A program made the position numbers and the translations under genes. The notes under the pieces are model-generated. The model had not been told where the DNA came from, did not search any database, and saw only the letters and a program-made list of their open reading frames with translations. This document shows positions 9,591-19,325 of a stretch of 64,000 nt of DNA, piece after piece (positions within the stretch are counted from its first letter, which is position 1; each line of letters begins with the position of its first letter). The stretch lies in the NCBI GenBank assembly GCA_050331595.1, contig JBHJGQ010000013.1:69911-133910 (forward strand), written 5' to 3'. Source of the stretch: Opitutales bacterium (lineage in GTDB: Bacteria > Verrucomicrobiota > Verrucomicrobiia > Opitutales > JBHJGM01).

Positions 9591-10944
9591 CTTGGTTTGC
9601 CCGCAGGCGGTCGAGTTTCACAAAGAAGTCGGGAAAAGTTTTGCCGCAGCAATGCGGGTCGCGAATGGCCAGCCAGGGGCGACCGTCGCCGTGCAGATCG
9701 TGACACCCCAGGATGCCGAAGCTCATCGCTACGCGGTGATCTTCGTAGGTGTCGATCGGCACCGGCGCCGCTTTACTCGCCGCGCGCATCGCTTCGAGGT
9801 TTGGGGTGATCTGAAGAAAGTCCTCACCCTGATCAACGCCTTGGCCCAGTCGCTCGAGCTCGGTCGCCATGGCCGCGATGCGATCTGTTTCCTGGTGGCG
9901 GGTGTGCGCAATGCCATCGATGCGGGTCGTCCCCTGCAGGAGCGGTGCCAGGGCGGCCAGCGTCAGGAAGGTGTCCGAGATGGCATTGAAGTCATCGGTG
10001 AACGCGCGGGGTGAGTCCTTCGCGGCCTGGACCGTCAGCGTGTCCGCGTCCGTTTCCGCAAGGACCGACACCAGCCCTCGCTGATCCAGACGCCGGGCAA
10101 AATCCGCATCGCCCTGTAGCATCGCCTCAGGCCAGGGCTCCATCGTTTGATGCCCGCCCACCGCGATCGCAAGGGCGATAAAGTAACTGGCGGCCGTAGC
10201 ATCGGGCTCGACGACATAGCGACTGGCGTTGAAGGTATAACCCTCGGGCGCGGTCGGCGTGTAGATGCCGTTTTGCCCCGAGGTTGCATCCACACTGCCG
10301 ATACGAGCCATGAATTCGGTCGTCATGCGGATAAACGGGGCCGAGACGGTGTTGCCGATCTGTTCGATGCGTGCGGTTTCCCTGGCGAACGGAGCCACCA
10401 TGAGCAGCCCCGAAAGCAGCTGGCTGCTGGCCTGCGCATCGACCGGCAGGGTCCCTCCACGCAGGCCATCGGTCTGCATCACAAAGGGCATGTACCAGCG
10501 TTCGCCCAGCCATTGAAAGGTGGCGCCCTGCGCCTTGAGCACACGCAGCAGGCCTTCCATCGGGCGTTTGCGCATGGCTGGGTCGCCATCGATTTCGTAG
10601 CGTCCGCCCTTTCTCAGCGCGGCCAGGGCGGTGACGAAGCGCGCTGACGTGCCGGAATTGCCCAGGTGTAAACTCACCTCGGCCCGGGGCACATCACCCC
10701 CCGCGCCGCGCACGCGAAAGCTCCGGGCCTTTTCGTCGTCAAAGACCTCGAAGCCCAACCGCTTCAGGCACTCGCACATGACCTGCGAATCGCGCGAAAA
10801 CAGCGCGCCTTCCAGCGTCACCTCCTGCCGGCTCAACGCGGCCAGGATCAGCGCGCGATTGGTCAGGCTTTTGGACCCGGGCAGGCGCACGCGCGGACCT
10901 TGGAGTGGCTCACGAAACGGCAGGATGGGCAGCGGGTCGGTCAT
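9583..10944 (-). CDS. aroA: 3-phosphoshikimate 1-carboxyvinyltransferase (EPSP synthase)
   Basis: 453 aa. LPGSKSLTNRALILAAL and the overall EPSP synthase pattern. 8-nt overlap with cmk. Confidence 0.95.
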   Translation of the reverse strand: MTDPLPILPFREPLQGPRVRLPGSKSLTNRALILAALSRQEVTLEGALFSRDSQVMCECLKRLGFEVFDDEKARSFRVRGAGGDVPRAEVSLHLGNSGTSARFVTALAALRKGGRYEIDGDPAMRKRPMEGLLRVLKAQGATFQWLGERWYMPFVMQTDGLRGGTLPVDAQASSQLLSGLLMVAPFARETARIEQIGNTVSAPFIRMTTEFMARIGSVDATSGQNGIYTPTAPEGYTFNASRYVVEPDATAASYFIALAIAVGGHQTMEPWPEAMLQGDADFARRLDQRGLVSVLAETDADTLTVQAAKDSPRAFTDDFNAISDTFLTLAALAPLLQGTTRIDGIAHTRHQETDRIAAMATELERLGQGVDQGEDFLQITPNLEAMRAASKAAPVPIDTYEDHRVAMSFGILGCHDLHGDGRPWLAIRDPHCCGKTFPDFFVKLDRLRANQDA

Positions 10945-10950
10945 CGTGGG

Positions 10951-11805
10951 TCAGGTGCTCTCCAGGGTTTTCCGGTAGGCCTGGCCGCGTTCGAGAACCT
11001 GCTGCACGGTGGCGTCGTCCTCTGTTTCGACGGCGTGCGCCAAGGCGTTGAACACACCGGAAAAACTGCGCAAGGCTTCGCCGATGGCCGCGCGATTTTG
11101 CCGCACGATTTCGAGCCACAGGCCGGGTTCGCCGCCAGCGACGCGCGTGGTGTCGCGCAGGCCGGGTCCACTGGCGCCGGCCCAGTCCGCTGGCGTGTGT
11201 GCAAGTGCATCGGCCAGAGCCGAGGCGACCAGGTGCGGCAGGTGGCTGACATGCGCCACGATGGCGTCATGAGTCTGCGGGTCGGCGTGGCGAACGCGCA
11301 TGCCCAGGCCGGTCCAGAAATCGGTCAAATGCCGGGTGGCGGCGGGTGGCGAATCCGCCGTGGGCGTGACAAAGCAGGTGCGCCCTTCAAACAGATCTGC
11401 GCGCGCGTACTCGATACCGGTTTTCTCCGAGCCGGCCATCGGGTGCGAGCCCACGAAGGCGGCCGCGTCCGGGTTCAATTGCGCGGGGACCTCACCGCAA
11501 ATGGTACCCTTGGTGCTGCCCACGTCCGAGACCAGCGCCTGCGCCTTCAGGTGTGGGGCCACCTGACCGATGAGGGAGGCAATGCGTTCGACCGGAACGC
11601 AGACCAGGAGCAGGTCGGCCTCGCGGGCGGCGTCTTCAGGAGTTTCGTAAACCACATCGCACCAGTCTTTTCGAGAACAGGCGGCACGCGTCTCCGGTCG
11701 GCGCGACCAAGCCCCCGTGTGCCGGCAGAGCCCTTTTTCGCGCGCCGCCCACAGCACCGATCCACCCAACAGACCCGCGCCCAGAATCGTCAAACGCTCG
11801 AACAC
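10951..11805 (-). CDS. tyrA: prephenate dehydrogenase
   Basis: Rossmann motif ILGAGLLGGS, GSHPMAGSE and the PDH C-terminal domain. 6 nt upstream of aroA. Confidence 0.85.
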   Translation of the reverse strand: MFERLTILGAGLLGGSVLWAAREKGLCRHTGAWSRRPETRAACSRKDWCDVVYETPEDAAREADLLLVCVPVERIASLIGQVAPHLKAQALVSDVGSTKGTICGEVPAQLNPDAAAFVGSHPMAGSEKTGIEYARADLFEGRTCFVTPTADSPPAATRHLTDFWTGLGMRVRHADPQTHDAIVAHVSHLPHLVASALADALAHTPADWAGASGPGLRDTTRVAGGEPGLWLEIVRQNRAAIGEALRSFSGVFNALAHAVETEDDATVQQVLERGQAYRKTLEST

Positions 11806-11924
11806 CCGGCGACGATTTTAGGCACCCGCGCAAATGTCGAACCTTTTACCAAGCCCCTTGTCCATGAGCCTGCAGCGTGCCGATATGCTTTTGACTCCGC
11901 AGCGGATTCCGCTTCGCTTGAGCC

Positions 11925-13733
11925 ATGCCGTTTGAAGAAGAAACGCGCGGTTTTTTTGGCCGATTCAAGCAGCCTTTCCGGGTTGTTTTGGTGGTCCTGC
12001 TGATCGGCGGGACCCTCGGCGCGGTGTACTACCTTTCCGAGCGGCTGCAGCCCGCGCCCATCTCCGAAGCGTCGATTGTTTTGAACGACGAGGAGATACC
12101 CGACGACGCCCTGCTGGCCGAGGTGGCGCAGCTCGAGAGCGAATTTCTCTCGGCCTGGGATCTGGGCAACATCACCGAGGCGGACCGGGGCAAGATCGAA
12201 CGCGCTGTGGCGCTGCAGGAACGTTTCAACGCGCGTCGGGGTTTTGACCAGGACGCGGTGAAGCGCTTGAGCGAATTGCGCAAGCTCGAGCACAACGCGC
12301 AGGCGTTTCCAAAGAATCGCCGCATCGAGCGTCTGCTCGGCGACGTACGGATGATTGAGAGCGAGGATGGCGACAAGGAGGAGCTCACGCGCAAGCTCAA
12401 GGATGCGCTCGAGCTGCAAAACGACATCAACGACCACCACGGCCTGAGCGTGTATCAGGACCTGGAAAAGGAAGCCAACCTGCGGGCGCGCATCGTCAAC
12501 ATTGAGGTGGCTCCGCTGCGTCGCGAAGCTGCCGCGCTGGAACAGGCTGCCGCGCTCGCGCGCACCGAGGAACGCTATACCGATGCCATCAGCAACCTGA
12601 CCAAAGCCGTCGACGTGCACCGCGCCATCATGTCCAAGGCCGGAACAGCCACGACCTCCAATCACAGCCGCGTGATCGCCCTGCAGGCTCAGCTGGAATC
12701 ACTCAAGTCCGCCGGCTTGCACGAAAAGGTCAACGCGCTGGTGGCGGAGGCCAAGGACCTTGAAGAGAAGCGGCGCTCGCTCGAAGCCGCTGAGTTGTAC
12801 CTCGAGGCGTACGAGACGCAGGTCGAACTCAACAACAACTTTCCCCGAAGCGATTTCGAATCGCGCGATCGCGCCAACGAGTTGCTGAATCAGATGCAGA
12901 TGGCGCGCAGCCGGGAGCTGGCGGAGGAAATCCTGAGCGACTCCAAGCGGCTCGATGAGCATTTGCTGCGCGGTGAAATGAGCCGCGCCAGTCGCCTGGT
13001 CAGTGAGTTGGCCGACAAGGCCGATCGCTTCAGCTCCGACTTTCCCGACAGCGGCGTCATCACCGAGGAGCAAATCCTCAAGCTCAAGGTGCTCAAGCTG
13101 CTGCGCGGCAACTTCGGCTTTCTGCAGCAGCACATCGTTTCGAACCTGCGCCCGGTGCCGGACTTTGAAGGGGTCTACATCTTCGACCACGAGGTAACTC
13201 AGGCCCTCTACAACGCGGTCATGCAAAACAACCCCAGCCAGGAGCCGCGCGGCGACGATTTTCCGGTGCACGCGCTGTCCTGGACGGAGGCCGAACGCTT
13301 CTGTCAGCGCCTGGGCTGGATTTTGGCGCGGCCGGTGCGCCTGCCCAAACGCGATGAATTCCGTTCGGCGCTGGGCAGTCTGCGCTACCTGAGCGCGGAC
13401 CCGCGCGACGCCGACACCAGCCTCAATCTGGACGCCATTTCGTGGAACTTGTCGAACTCCCGCGGGCGTATCCAAAAAGTGGAGACGAGTCAGCCCAACC
13501 CCGCCGGTTTCCACGACCTGCTGGGCAACGTGGCCGAGTGGATACAGCCCTCCGAGGAGGCCATCGGCAATCAAGTTCTGGTGATCGGAGGCAGCGCGGT
13601 CGACACAACCGACAGCCTCTTGCAATTGCCCGAGGAGACGCGCGGACGCGGCGAGCGCACGCGCTTCATCGGCTTCCGTTTCGCTGTTGAGTGGGACCAG
13701 GGCACGGAGTCGACGGCATCGCTCGACCCGTAA
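11925..13733 (+). CDS. membrane-anchored coiled-coil protein with C-terminal formylglycine-generating-enzyme (SUMF1/FGE-sulfatase) domain
   Basis: 602 aa. N-terminal TM segment (VVLVVLLIGGTLGAVYYL), about 380 aa rich in E/R/L/A (coiled-coil-like), then FGE motifs (FPVHALSWTEAERFCQRLGW, GFHDLLGNVAEW, RGERTRFIGFR). Confidence 0.75.
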   Translation: MPFEEETRGFFGRFKQPFRVVLVVLLIGGTLGAVYYLSERLQPAPISEASIVLNDEEIPDDALLAEVAQLESEFLSAWDLGNITEADRGKIERAVALQERFNARRGFDQDAVKRLSELRKLEHNAQAFPKNRRIERLLGDVRMIESEDGDKEELTRKLKDALELQNDINDHHGLSVYQDLEKEANLRARIVNIEVAPLRREAAALEQAAALARTEERYTDAISNLTKAVDVHRAIMSKAGTATTSNHSRVIALQAQLESLKSAGLHEKVNALVAEAKDLEEKRRSLEAAELYLEAYETQVELNNNFPRSDFESRDRANELLNQMQMARSRELAEEILSDSKRLDEHLLRGEMSRASRLVSELADKADRFSSDFPDSGVITEEQILKLKVLKLLRGNFGFLQQHIVSNLRPVPDFEGVYIFDHEVTQALYNAVMQNNPSQEPRGDDFPVHALSWTEAERFCQRLGWILARPVRLPKRDEFRSALGSLRYLSADPRDADTSLNLDAISWNLSNSRGRIQKVETSQPNPAGFHDLLGNVAEWIQPSEEAIGNQVLVIGGSAVDTTDSLLQLPEETRGRGERTRFIGFRFAVEWDQGTESTASLDP

Positions 13734-13749
13734 GACGGCGCTGTGTGCG

Positions 13750-13917
13750 ATGAACGTGGATGAACCTACCCCGGACGAAGCGCCGGAGACCGCCTCCGTG
13801 CCGCCCGAAACGCAGCGACGCGCCAGCCGCGACCTCGTGATCCTTTACTGGGTGATGGGCATTTTCGTGTTGCTGCCCATGGTCGTGCTTCTGGTGAAGT
13901 TTCTGGGCCAGGAGTGA
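13750..13917 (+). CDS. hypothetical small membrane protein (55 aa)
   Basis: ATG at 13750, 14 nt after the FGE-domain gene. Acidic N-terminus, then one clear TM helix (LVILYWVMGIFVLLPMVVLLV). No family recognised. Confidence 0.3.
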   Translation: MNVDEPTPDEAPETASVPPETQRRASRDLVILYWVMGIFVLLPMVVLLVKFLGQE

Positions 13918-13923
13918 CCGGAT

Positions 13924-15792
13924 TTACCGGCGGCTGACCCGTTCGAGCAGATCGTAAACGCGCCCGACCATCGCCCGCGGGTCCTCCAGCATCCCAGCGG
14001 CGGCCAGCGCATTGTCGTGCAACTGCTCGGCCACCAGTTTGCCCAGTTCAGCGTCGTTGTCCTTCAACGTGGCCAGGTTGCGCACCAGGGGATGGCGGGG
14101 GTTGATTTCGAGGTTCACCGCCGGGGGCGGCAGCGTTTCCGCGCCTTCGCCCTGCATGGCCTGCATCAGTTTGCGCATGGAAGTGGACATGAACTTGTCG
14201 GCGTTCAGCGCCACCGCCGGGCTGCCCACCAAACGCTCCGAAGCGGCCACCCGCGTCACCTTTTCCTCGCCGAGGGTTTCCTTCAGCCAGGCGCAGAGTG
14301 CTTCAACTTGGTCGCGTTCGAGCGGCTCGCCCTCGGGGTCGGCGTCGGCCTTGCCCAGTTCGATGTCGGCCTGGTCAGCGCTGGCGAATTCCTTCTCGGC
14401 GAAGCGCCCGAGGTGGTTCGCGGTGAAATCGTCGATCGGCTCGTAGAAAAAGAGTACCTCCAACCCGCGGGCTTGAAACGCCTCCAGGTACGGCCCGTTT
14501 TCGAGGGCTTGGCGGCTGGGGCCCGACAGGGTGTAAATGGCCTTTTGCTCCGGTTTCATCCGGTCGACGTAGGCCTGCAGGCTAGTCAATTCGCCGGCTT
14601 GCGTCGTGCTGCTTTCAAAGCGCAACAACGGCGCGATGGCGTCCTTGTTGTTGAAGTCGTTGACGATGCCCTCCTTCAAGTAGTGCCCGAACTGGCGAAA
14701 GAAGGTCGCGTAGCGCTCGGCGTCTTTTTTGGCCAGGTCTTCGAGGTGCTTGAGAAAACGCTTGGTGATGACTCGGCCCAGCTTCTGCACCAGCGCGCTG
14801 TCCTGCATCGACTCGCGCGAGATGTTCAGCGGCAGGTCGGCGCTGTCGACGACACCTTTTAGGAATCGGCACCACTCCGGCAGCAGCTTGTCGGGCGCGG
14901 CGTCGATCAGGACCTTGCGACAATATAAGCCCACGCCGGGGTCCGAGCGCCCGAAGCCGAAGCGCTCCGCGTTGCTCGCCGGAATGTAGACCAGCGCGTT
15001 GATGGCCAGGGGCGCATCCGCGCTGAAGTGGAACCAGTCAAACGGGTCCTCCGTAGCGTGCGCCTGGTACTTGTAAAATTCCTTGTACTCCTCCTGCTTG
15101 ATCTCGTTTTTGGAGCGCAGCCACAGCGCCTGCATCGTGTTGATTGACTCTCCGTTGAGCGCGATCGGAAACTGCACGAAGCGCGAGTACTGCTCGACGA
15201 TCTGCTTCACGCGGTGGTCGCGCGCGAACTCCTTTTCCTCGCCCTTGAGCGTGACGACGATCTTGGTTCCGCGCCGCAGTCCCTCCGCTGGCTCAATTGT
15301 GTAGCTGCCCGAGCCGTCGCTGCTCCAGACCAGGCCTCCACCGTCCGGCTTCCAGCTGCGGGTGTAGACTTTGACCGAGTCAGCGACCATGAAGACGCTG
15401 TAAAAGCCCACGCCAAACTGCCCAATCAGGTTGTCGTTACGCTCGCCGCCGCTTGCCTGGAGCGCCTGCAAAAATGCCTTCGAGCCGGAATGCGCGATGG
15501 TGCCCAGATTCTCGACCAGCTCCTCGCGGGTCATGCCCACGCCAAAGTCCTGAATCGTCAGCGTGCCGGCGTTGTCGTCGGTGGTCAGTGACAGCTCCAG
15601 CCCGAGGTTGTCGTCGAACACGTTCTTCTCGGTCAGCTGCAGGTGCCGCAGTTTCTCCAGCGCGTCGGAGGCGTTGGAGATCAGCTCGCGAATGAATATC
15701 TCTTTGTCGGTGTAGAGCGAGTGCACGACGATATCGAGCACCTGCTTCACCTCGGCCTGGAATTCGTGCCGCTCGGGCGCAGTCGTGGACAT
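13924..15792 (-). CDS. htpG: molecular chaperone HtpG (Hsp90)
   Basis: 622 aa. HEFQAEVKQVLDIVVHSLYTDKEIFIRELISNASDALEKLR and LIGQFGVGFYS are the Hsp90 signature. Confidence 0.97.
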   Translation of the reverse strand: MSTTAPERHEFQAEVKQVLDIVVHSLYTDKEIFIRELISNASDALEKLRHLQLTEKNVFDDNLGLELSLTTDDNAGTLTIQDFGVGMTREELVENLGTIAHSGSKAFLQALQASGGERNDNLIGQFGVGFYSVFMVADSVKVYTRSWKPDGGGLVWSSDGSGSYTIEPAEGLRRGTKIVVTLKGEEKEFARDHRVKQIVEQYSRFVQFPIALNGESINTMQALWLRSKNEIKQEEYKEFYKYQAHATEDPFDWFHFSADAPLAINALVYIPASNAERFGFGRSDPGVGLYCRKVLIDAAPDKLLPEWCRFLKGVVDSADLPLNISRESMQDSALVQKLGRVITKRFLKHLEDLAKKDAERYATFFRQFGHYLKEGIVNDFNNKDAIAPLLRFESSTTQAGELTSLQAYVDRMKPEQKAIYTLSGPSRQALENGPYLEAFQARGLEVLFFYEPIDDFTANHLGRFAEKEFASADQADIELGKADADPEGEPLERDQVEALCAWLKETLGEEKVTRVAASERLVGSPAVALNADKFMSTSMRKLMQAMQGEGAETLPPPAVNLEINPRHPLVRNLATLKDNDAELGKLVAEQLHDNALAAAGMLEDPRAMVGRVYDLLERVSRR

Positions 15793-15945
15793 GGATCAGT
15801 ACGGAATTCGGATTGCTTGAATTTGTCGGAAGCCCGAAAGGTTAACGCAGCTTGTCCGCGTCTTTCAAGCGCGTCTGTCCGCCCCTCCACTTTCGCGCTT
15901 CACAGCGTTGGTGGCGCTGGCGTAGGCTTCTGTCCCCCTTACCCA

Positions 15946-17106
15946 ATGAGCCAGACCCTTTCTTACGACCCCGACGCCCCCGTTTACCCTGCCGGCGAAC
16001 ACACCCTCAGCATCAACGAGCTGCTTGAGAGCGCTGTGCATGAGGACTATATGGCCAACGGCCTGCCGCGCATTTCCGATTTCCACTTCAAGGTCGGCCA
16101 CCCCGTGCGTTTCCGCCTGGACGACGAGCTGGAAACCGTGCCCGACGGAGCCGCGCTCGATGCCGAGATGATCGAAAAGCTGGTCTTTGCCCTGCTGACA
16201 CCGGACCAGGTGAATCTGCTGCGTTCCGACCCCATGGTCGACGTCGACGCCGGCTACGAATTGCCCAACGGTCAGTTCAACTTCCGCCTGAATATTTTTC
16301 GCGATCGCGACGGTCCGGCGGCCGTTATCCGCCTGCTCACCCCCTCGGTGCCCTCGCCCAATGAACTCGGCTTTCCGTCCGACGAAATCTGGCAGGACAT
16401 GGTCCACGCCAAACAGGGACTGGTGCTGCTGACCGGCATCACCGGTAGTGGCAAGTCGACCACCATCGCCAGCCTGCTCAACGAGATCAACCGCACCCGC
16501 CAGGTGCGCGTGATCACCCTGGAGGACCCGGTGGAGTTTGTTTTCCGCTCGGAGGCCGCCCTCATTTCCCAGCGCGAGGTTGGCACGCACGCTCGCAGTT
16601 TTTCTGCGGGCCTGACCAGCATCCTGCGCGAAAACCCTGACGTGATTTACGTGGGTGAAATGCGCGCCCCCGAGACCGCCGGTCTGGCCCTCACCGCCGC
16701 CGAAACCGGCCACCTCGTTTTCTCTACCCTGCACACACGCAATTGCGTCGGTGCCATCACGCGCATCCTCGACATGTTCCCCCCGGAGCGGAGCAAGGAA
16801 CTCGCCACCCAGCTTTCCTTCAGCTTGAGCTACGTGGTCGGCCAGAAGCTGGTGCCCCTGCGCGACGGCCCCGGGCGCTGCGTCGCGATGGAGGTGCTGC
16901 GCAACGTCACCGGGCTGGGCAACCTCATCCGCACCGGCAACTGGCACCAGATCTATTCGATGATGGAGACGCGCAACCGCGATGGCATGATCACCATGGA
17001 GCAGTCGCTCATCGAGTTGCACAGGCGCGGTCTCATCTCACGCGACGAGGCGATCATTCACGCCAACGACGAAGCCATCATCGATCGTTTGCCGCTGGAG
17101 AATTGA
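15946..17106 (+). CDS. pilT: PilT-family type IV pilus retraction / secretion ATPase
   Basis: ATG at 15946 within a longer track ORF. Walker A LTGITGSGKSTT, ITLEDPVEF, LRENPDVIYVGEMR, TGHLVFSTLHT. Confidence 0.9.
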   Translation: MSQTLSYDPDAPVYPAGEHTLSINELLESAVHEDYMANGLPRISDFHFKVGHPVRFRLDDELETVPDGAALDAEMIEKLVFALLTPDQVNLLRSDPMVDVDAGYELPNGQFNFRLNIFRDRDGPAAVIRLLTPSVPSPNELGFPSDEIWQDMVHAKQGLVLLTGITGSGKSTTIASLLNEINRTRQVRVITLEDPVEFVFRSEAALISQREVGTHARSFSAGLTSILRENPDVIYVGEMRAPETAGLALTAAETGHLVFSTLHTRNCVGAITRILDMFPPERSKELATQLSFSLSYVVGQKLVPLRDGPGRCVAMEVLRNVTGLGNLIRTGNWHQIYSMMETRNRDGMITMEQSLIELHRRGLISRDEAIIHANDEAIIDRLPLEN

Positions 17107-17125
17107 GCGGGCTGCTTCCAGGCCA

Positions 17126-17368
17126 TCAGCGAAGCACGTCCAAGTTGGGGACCCGCTCATAATGCGTGTCAAGAGTGAGCACCGTCAGTGCGTGTTGCTG
17201 GCTTTGCGCGGCGATCCAGAGATCAGGATAGGGCACCGGGGTGCCGCGACGCTGCATCAGGTGTCGCAGTTGCCCGTACCGCATGCTGGTCTGCCGGTCG
17301 ATCGGCAGCACTTGTTCCGGGCGAAAGGTGGCCTCAAGCGCTTCGATGAGCCAACGGCGAAAAGTCAT
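17126..17368 (-). pseudogene. 5'-truncated VapC/PIN-domain toxin remnant
   Basis: The 80-aa ORF aligns by eye only to the C-terminal two-thirds of VapC/FitB toxins (LPIDRQTSMRYGQL...GTPVPYPDLWIAAQSQQHALTVLTLDTHYERVP). The N-terminal LDTNV segment is absent in all frames. An in-frame stop lies 7 codons upstream of the Met. No antitoxin ORF is present. Confidence 0.6.
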
Positions 17369-17501
17369 CCCCTCCTGCAGGGCGACAATTTTAATAAGAT
17401 GTAGTAACTTATCATTGATTTACACCTTCGTCATCACTAGTTTTCTGTACCCATATTCATGGGACCTTGTCAAATGAAGCTTTCTGTGAGGTAGTTGCCC
17501 A

Positions 17502-19268
17502 ATGTCATTGCGCTGCTTTCCTTTGCTGCTGGCCGCCGTGGTTGGCGGCGTCCTCGCGATCACCGGCTTGTATTTGTTCGATGAATACATCGACATCGAG
17601 AAGAAAGAGGTACCCTTGCCCACGCAGCTGTTCGTGCCGGAGCCCAGGCCCCTGCCGGGTCAGGCGCTCGTTTTTTCCGAGCCAGCTCCGGCGGATCGTG
17701 AAGGCTGGCTGGAAATCGCACCCGCGCAGGCGCGTCAGCACCTCAATCGTGGCGAAAGCATCCCCAATGGCGTACTGCGTTACGTCGATTACGGTGGCAT
17801 TGCGGAATGGGTGACGTTTGCCGAAGACGGCACCCAGCGTATCAGTGTGGAGGCCGGCGGCATCCCCTCCAAAGGCGGCTACCCGCGCCTTCAAGTGGAA
17901 GTGCGCGACCTGGACAACGAAGTCCTCTTTGAGCGCAAGTTTACGGTCTTCGCCTCCGATCCCGCGTTGCACGACCTGGAATTTGAAGCTCCCGCCGGCC
18001 CCGCCGTCGTCCACGTGTACTACATGCGCGGCGTTTTTCCCGAGGGCAAGGGCGACCGTCTGGACATCAGCCGCGTGGCCGTTGAGAACGCGCGCTTGCT
18101 GGACGCCGTCCCGCCGCAACCCACCTTGCGCGACATCACCGACCCGCTCATTCAGCAACACCGTACCGGCATCGTTCGCGTGCTGGCCAAGCCCGGCGCG
18201 TCGGTTTCGGTTCAGCAGACGCGGCACCACTTCCGCTTTGGCGTGAACATCCCTTCGACCATCCTGCGCAAGGATTTCTCGGGCAAAGATTTCACTAAGG
18301 AGGACGCTGACCAGCTCCTCGCACTCACCAAGGAGTATTTTAATTCCGTGACCCCGGCGACACTGTACTGGTCTAGTATTCAGAAAGATTTCGATGATTT
18401 TGGCATCGAACGGACCGATCGCGCCATCGAGTGGGCGAACGAAAACAACATGCACGTGCAGGCGCACACGGTTTTTTGGGGCAGCGACGTGCACGGGCGC
18501 ATTCGACCCTGGCAAAAGGAGATGGGCGACAACGACCTGCGTACGGTCATCCGGCAGCACGGCTACCGCATCGCCGAGCGCTACAAAGGCCGCATCGACG
18601 AGTACGATTTCCTCAACGAGATCGTTCACCATAAGTACTACCGATTCCGCATGGGAGACATTGTGTACGATATGGTCAGTTCCATGCTGGCGGCCGATCC
18701 CAATGCCGGTCTGGCCCTCAACGAGTTCAACATCATCACGCACGCAGCCATCGACGAGTACATCGAGATTGCCGAGGAGTTGCTTGATATGGGCGTGCCG
18801 CTGACTTCCATCGGACTGCAGTACCGCACCAATGGCGAAGTCCGCCTGGAGCATGCCTGGGATGCCTTCGACCGCATCAGCGAGCTGGGTCTGCCCATCC
18901 ACCTCTCCGAACTCGATTACGTCGTCGCGGACGAGGTGCAGCGGGCCGTAGCCTTGGAGCGTGGCATGCGTGTCGGCTTTGCCCATCCAGCCGTGCACGC
19001 CATGACGCTTTGGGGCCTCTGGGACACGGTGAAGTGGAATCAGGATGCGGCCCTTTGGGATGCCGACTGGAACCGTCTGCCCGCGGGCGATGCGCTGCAC
19101 CGTCTCCTGCGCGAGGAGTGGTGGACGCAGTTCAGCGGCGACACGAACGCCGCCGGTGAACTCGAAGTACGCGCCTTCCACGGTAATCACACCGTCACCG
19201 TCGATGGCCAGGAGTTCTTCATTACCCTGACCCCGGAAGATGAAACGGTGATCGTCGATGCGCGCTAG
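17502..19268 (+). CDS. glycoside hydrolase family 10-like (endo-beta-1,4-xylanase family) with N-terminal membrane anchor or signal
   Basis: 588 aa. N-terminal hydrophobic helix. GH10-like motifs in canonical order: VQAHTVFWG, YDFLNEIVH (acid/base Glu), NEFNI, IGLQYR, IHLSELDY (nucleophile Glu). Confidence 0.7.
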   Translation: MSLRCFPLLLAAVVGGVLAITGLYLFDEYIDIEKKEVPLPTQLFVPEPRPLPGQALVFSEPAPADREGWLEIAPAQARQHLNRGESIPNGVLRYVDYGGIAEWVTFAEDGTQRISVEAGGIPSKGGYPRLQVEVRDLDNEVLFERKFTVFASDPALHDLEFEAPAGPAVVHVYYMRGVFPEGKGDRLDISRVAVENARLLDAVPPQPTLRDITDPLIQQHRTGIVRVLAKPGASVSVQQTRHHFRFGVNIPSTILRKDFSGKDFTKEDADQLLALTKEYFNSVTPATLYWSSIQKDFDDFGIERTDRAIEWANENNMHVQAHTVFWGSDVHGRIRPWQKEMGDNDLRTVIRQHGYRIAERYKGRIDEYDFLNEIVHHKYYRFRMGDIVYDMVSSMLAADPNAGLALNEFNIITHAAIDEYIEIAEELLDMGVPLTSIGLQYRTNGEVRLEHAWDAFDRISELGLPIHLSELDYVVADEVQRAVALERGMRVGFAHPAVHAMTLWGLWDTVKWNQDAALWDADWNRLPAGDALHRLLREEWWTQFSGDTNAAGELEVRAFHGNHTVTVDGQEFFITLTPEDETVIVDAR

Positions 19269-19325
19269 CGAATTTCATCGCCTGCGGAACATGCCTTTGT
19301 AAGCGGCGTTCAGAAGCAGGCGCCC

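Noticed and set aside
15793-15945. Sigma-32 type heat-shock promoter for htpG in the htpG/pilT divergent spacer
   Set aside because: A CTTGAA hexamer is present on the htpG strand (about 15864-15869). No convincing CCCCATNT-like -10 element follows at the right spacing, and promoter consensus for this lineage is unknown.
17505-19190. 561-aa ORF antisense to the GH10-like gene
   Set aside because: It is a shadow ORF of GC-rich DNA. Its translation is R/G/A/V/H-rich with no family motifs, whereas the plus-strand frame shows ordered GH10 motifs and a signal/anchor.
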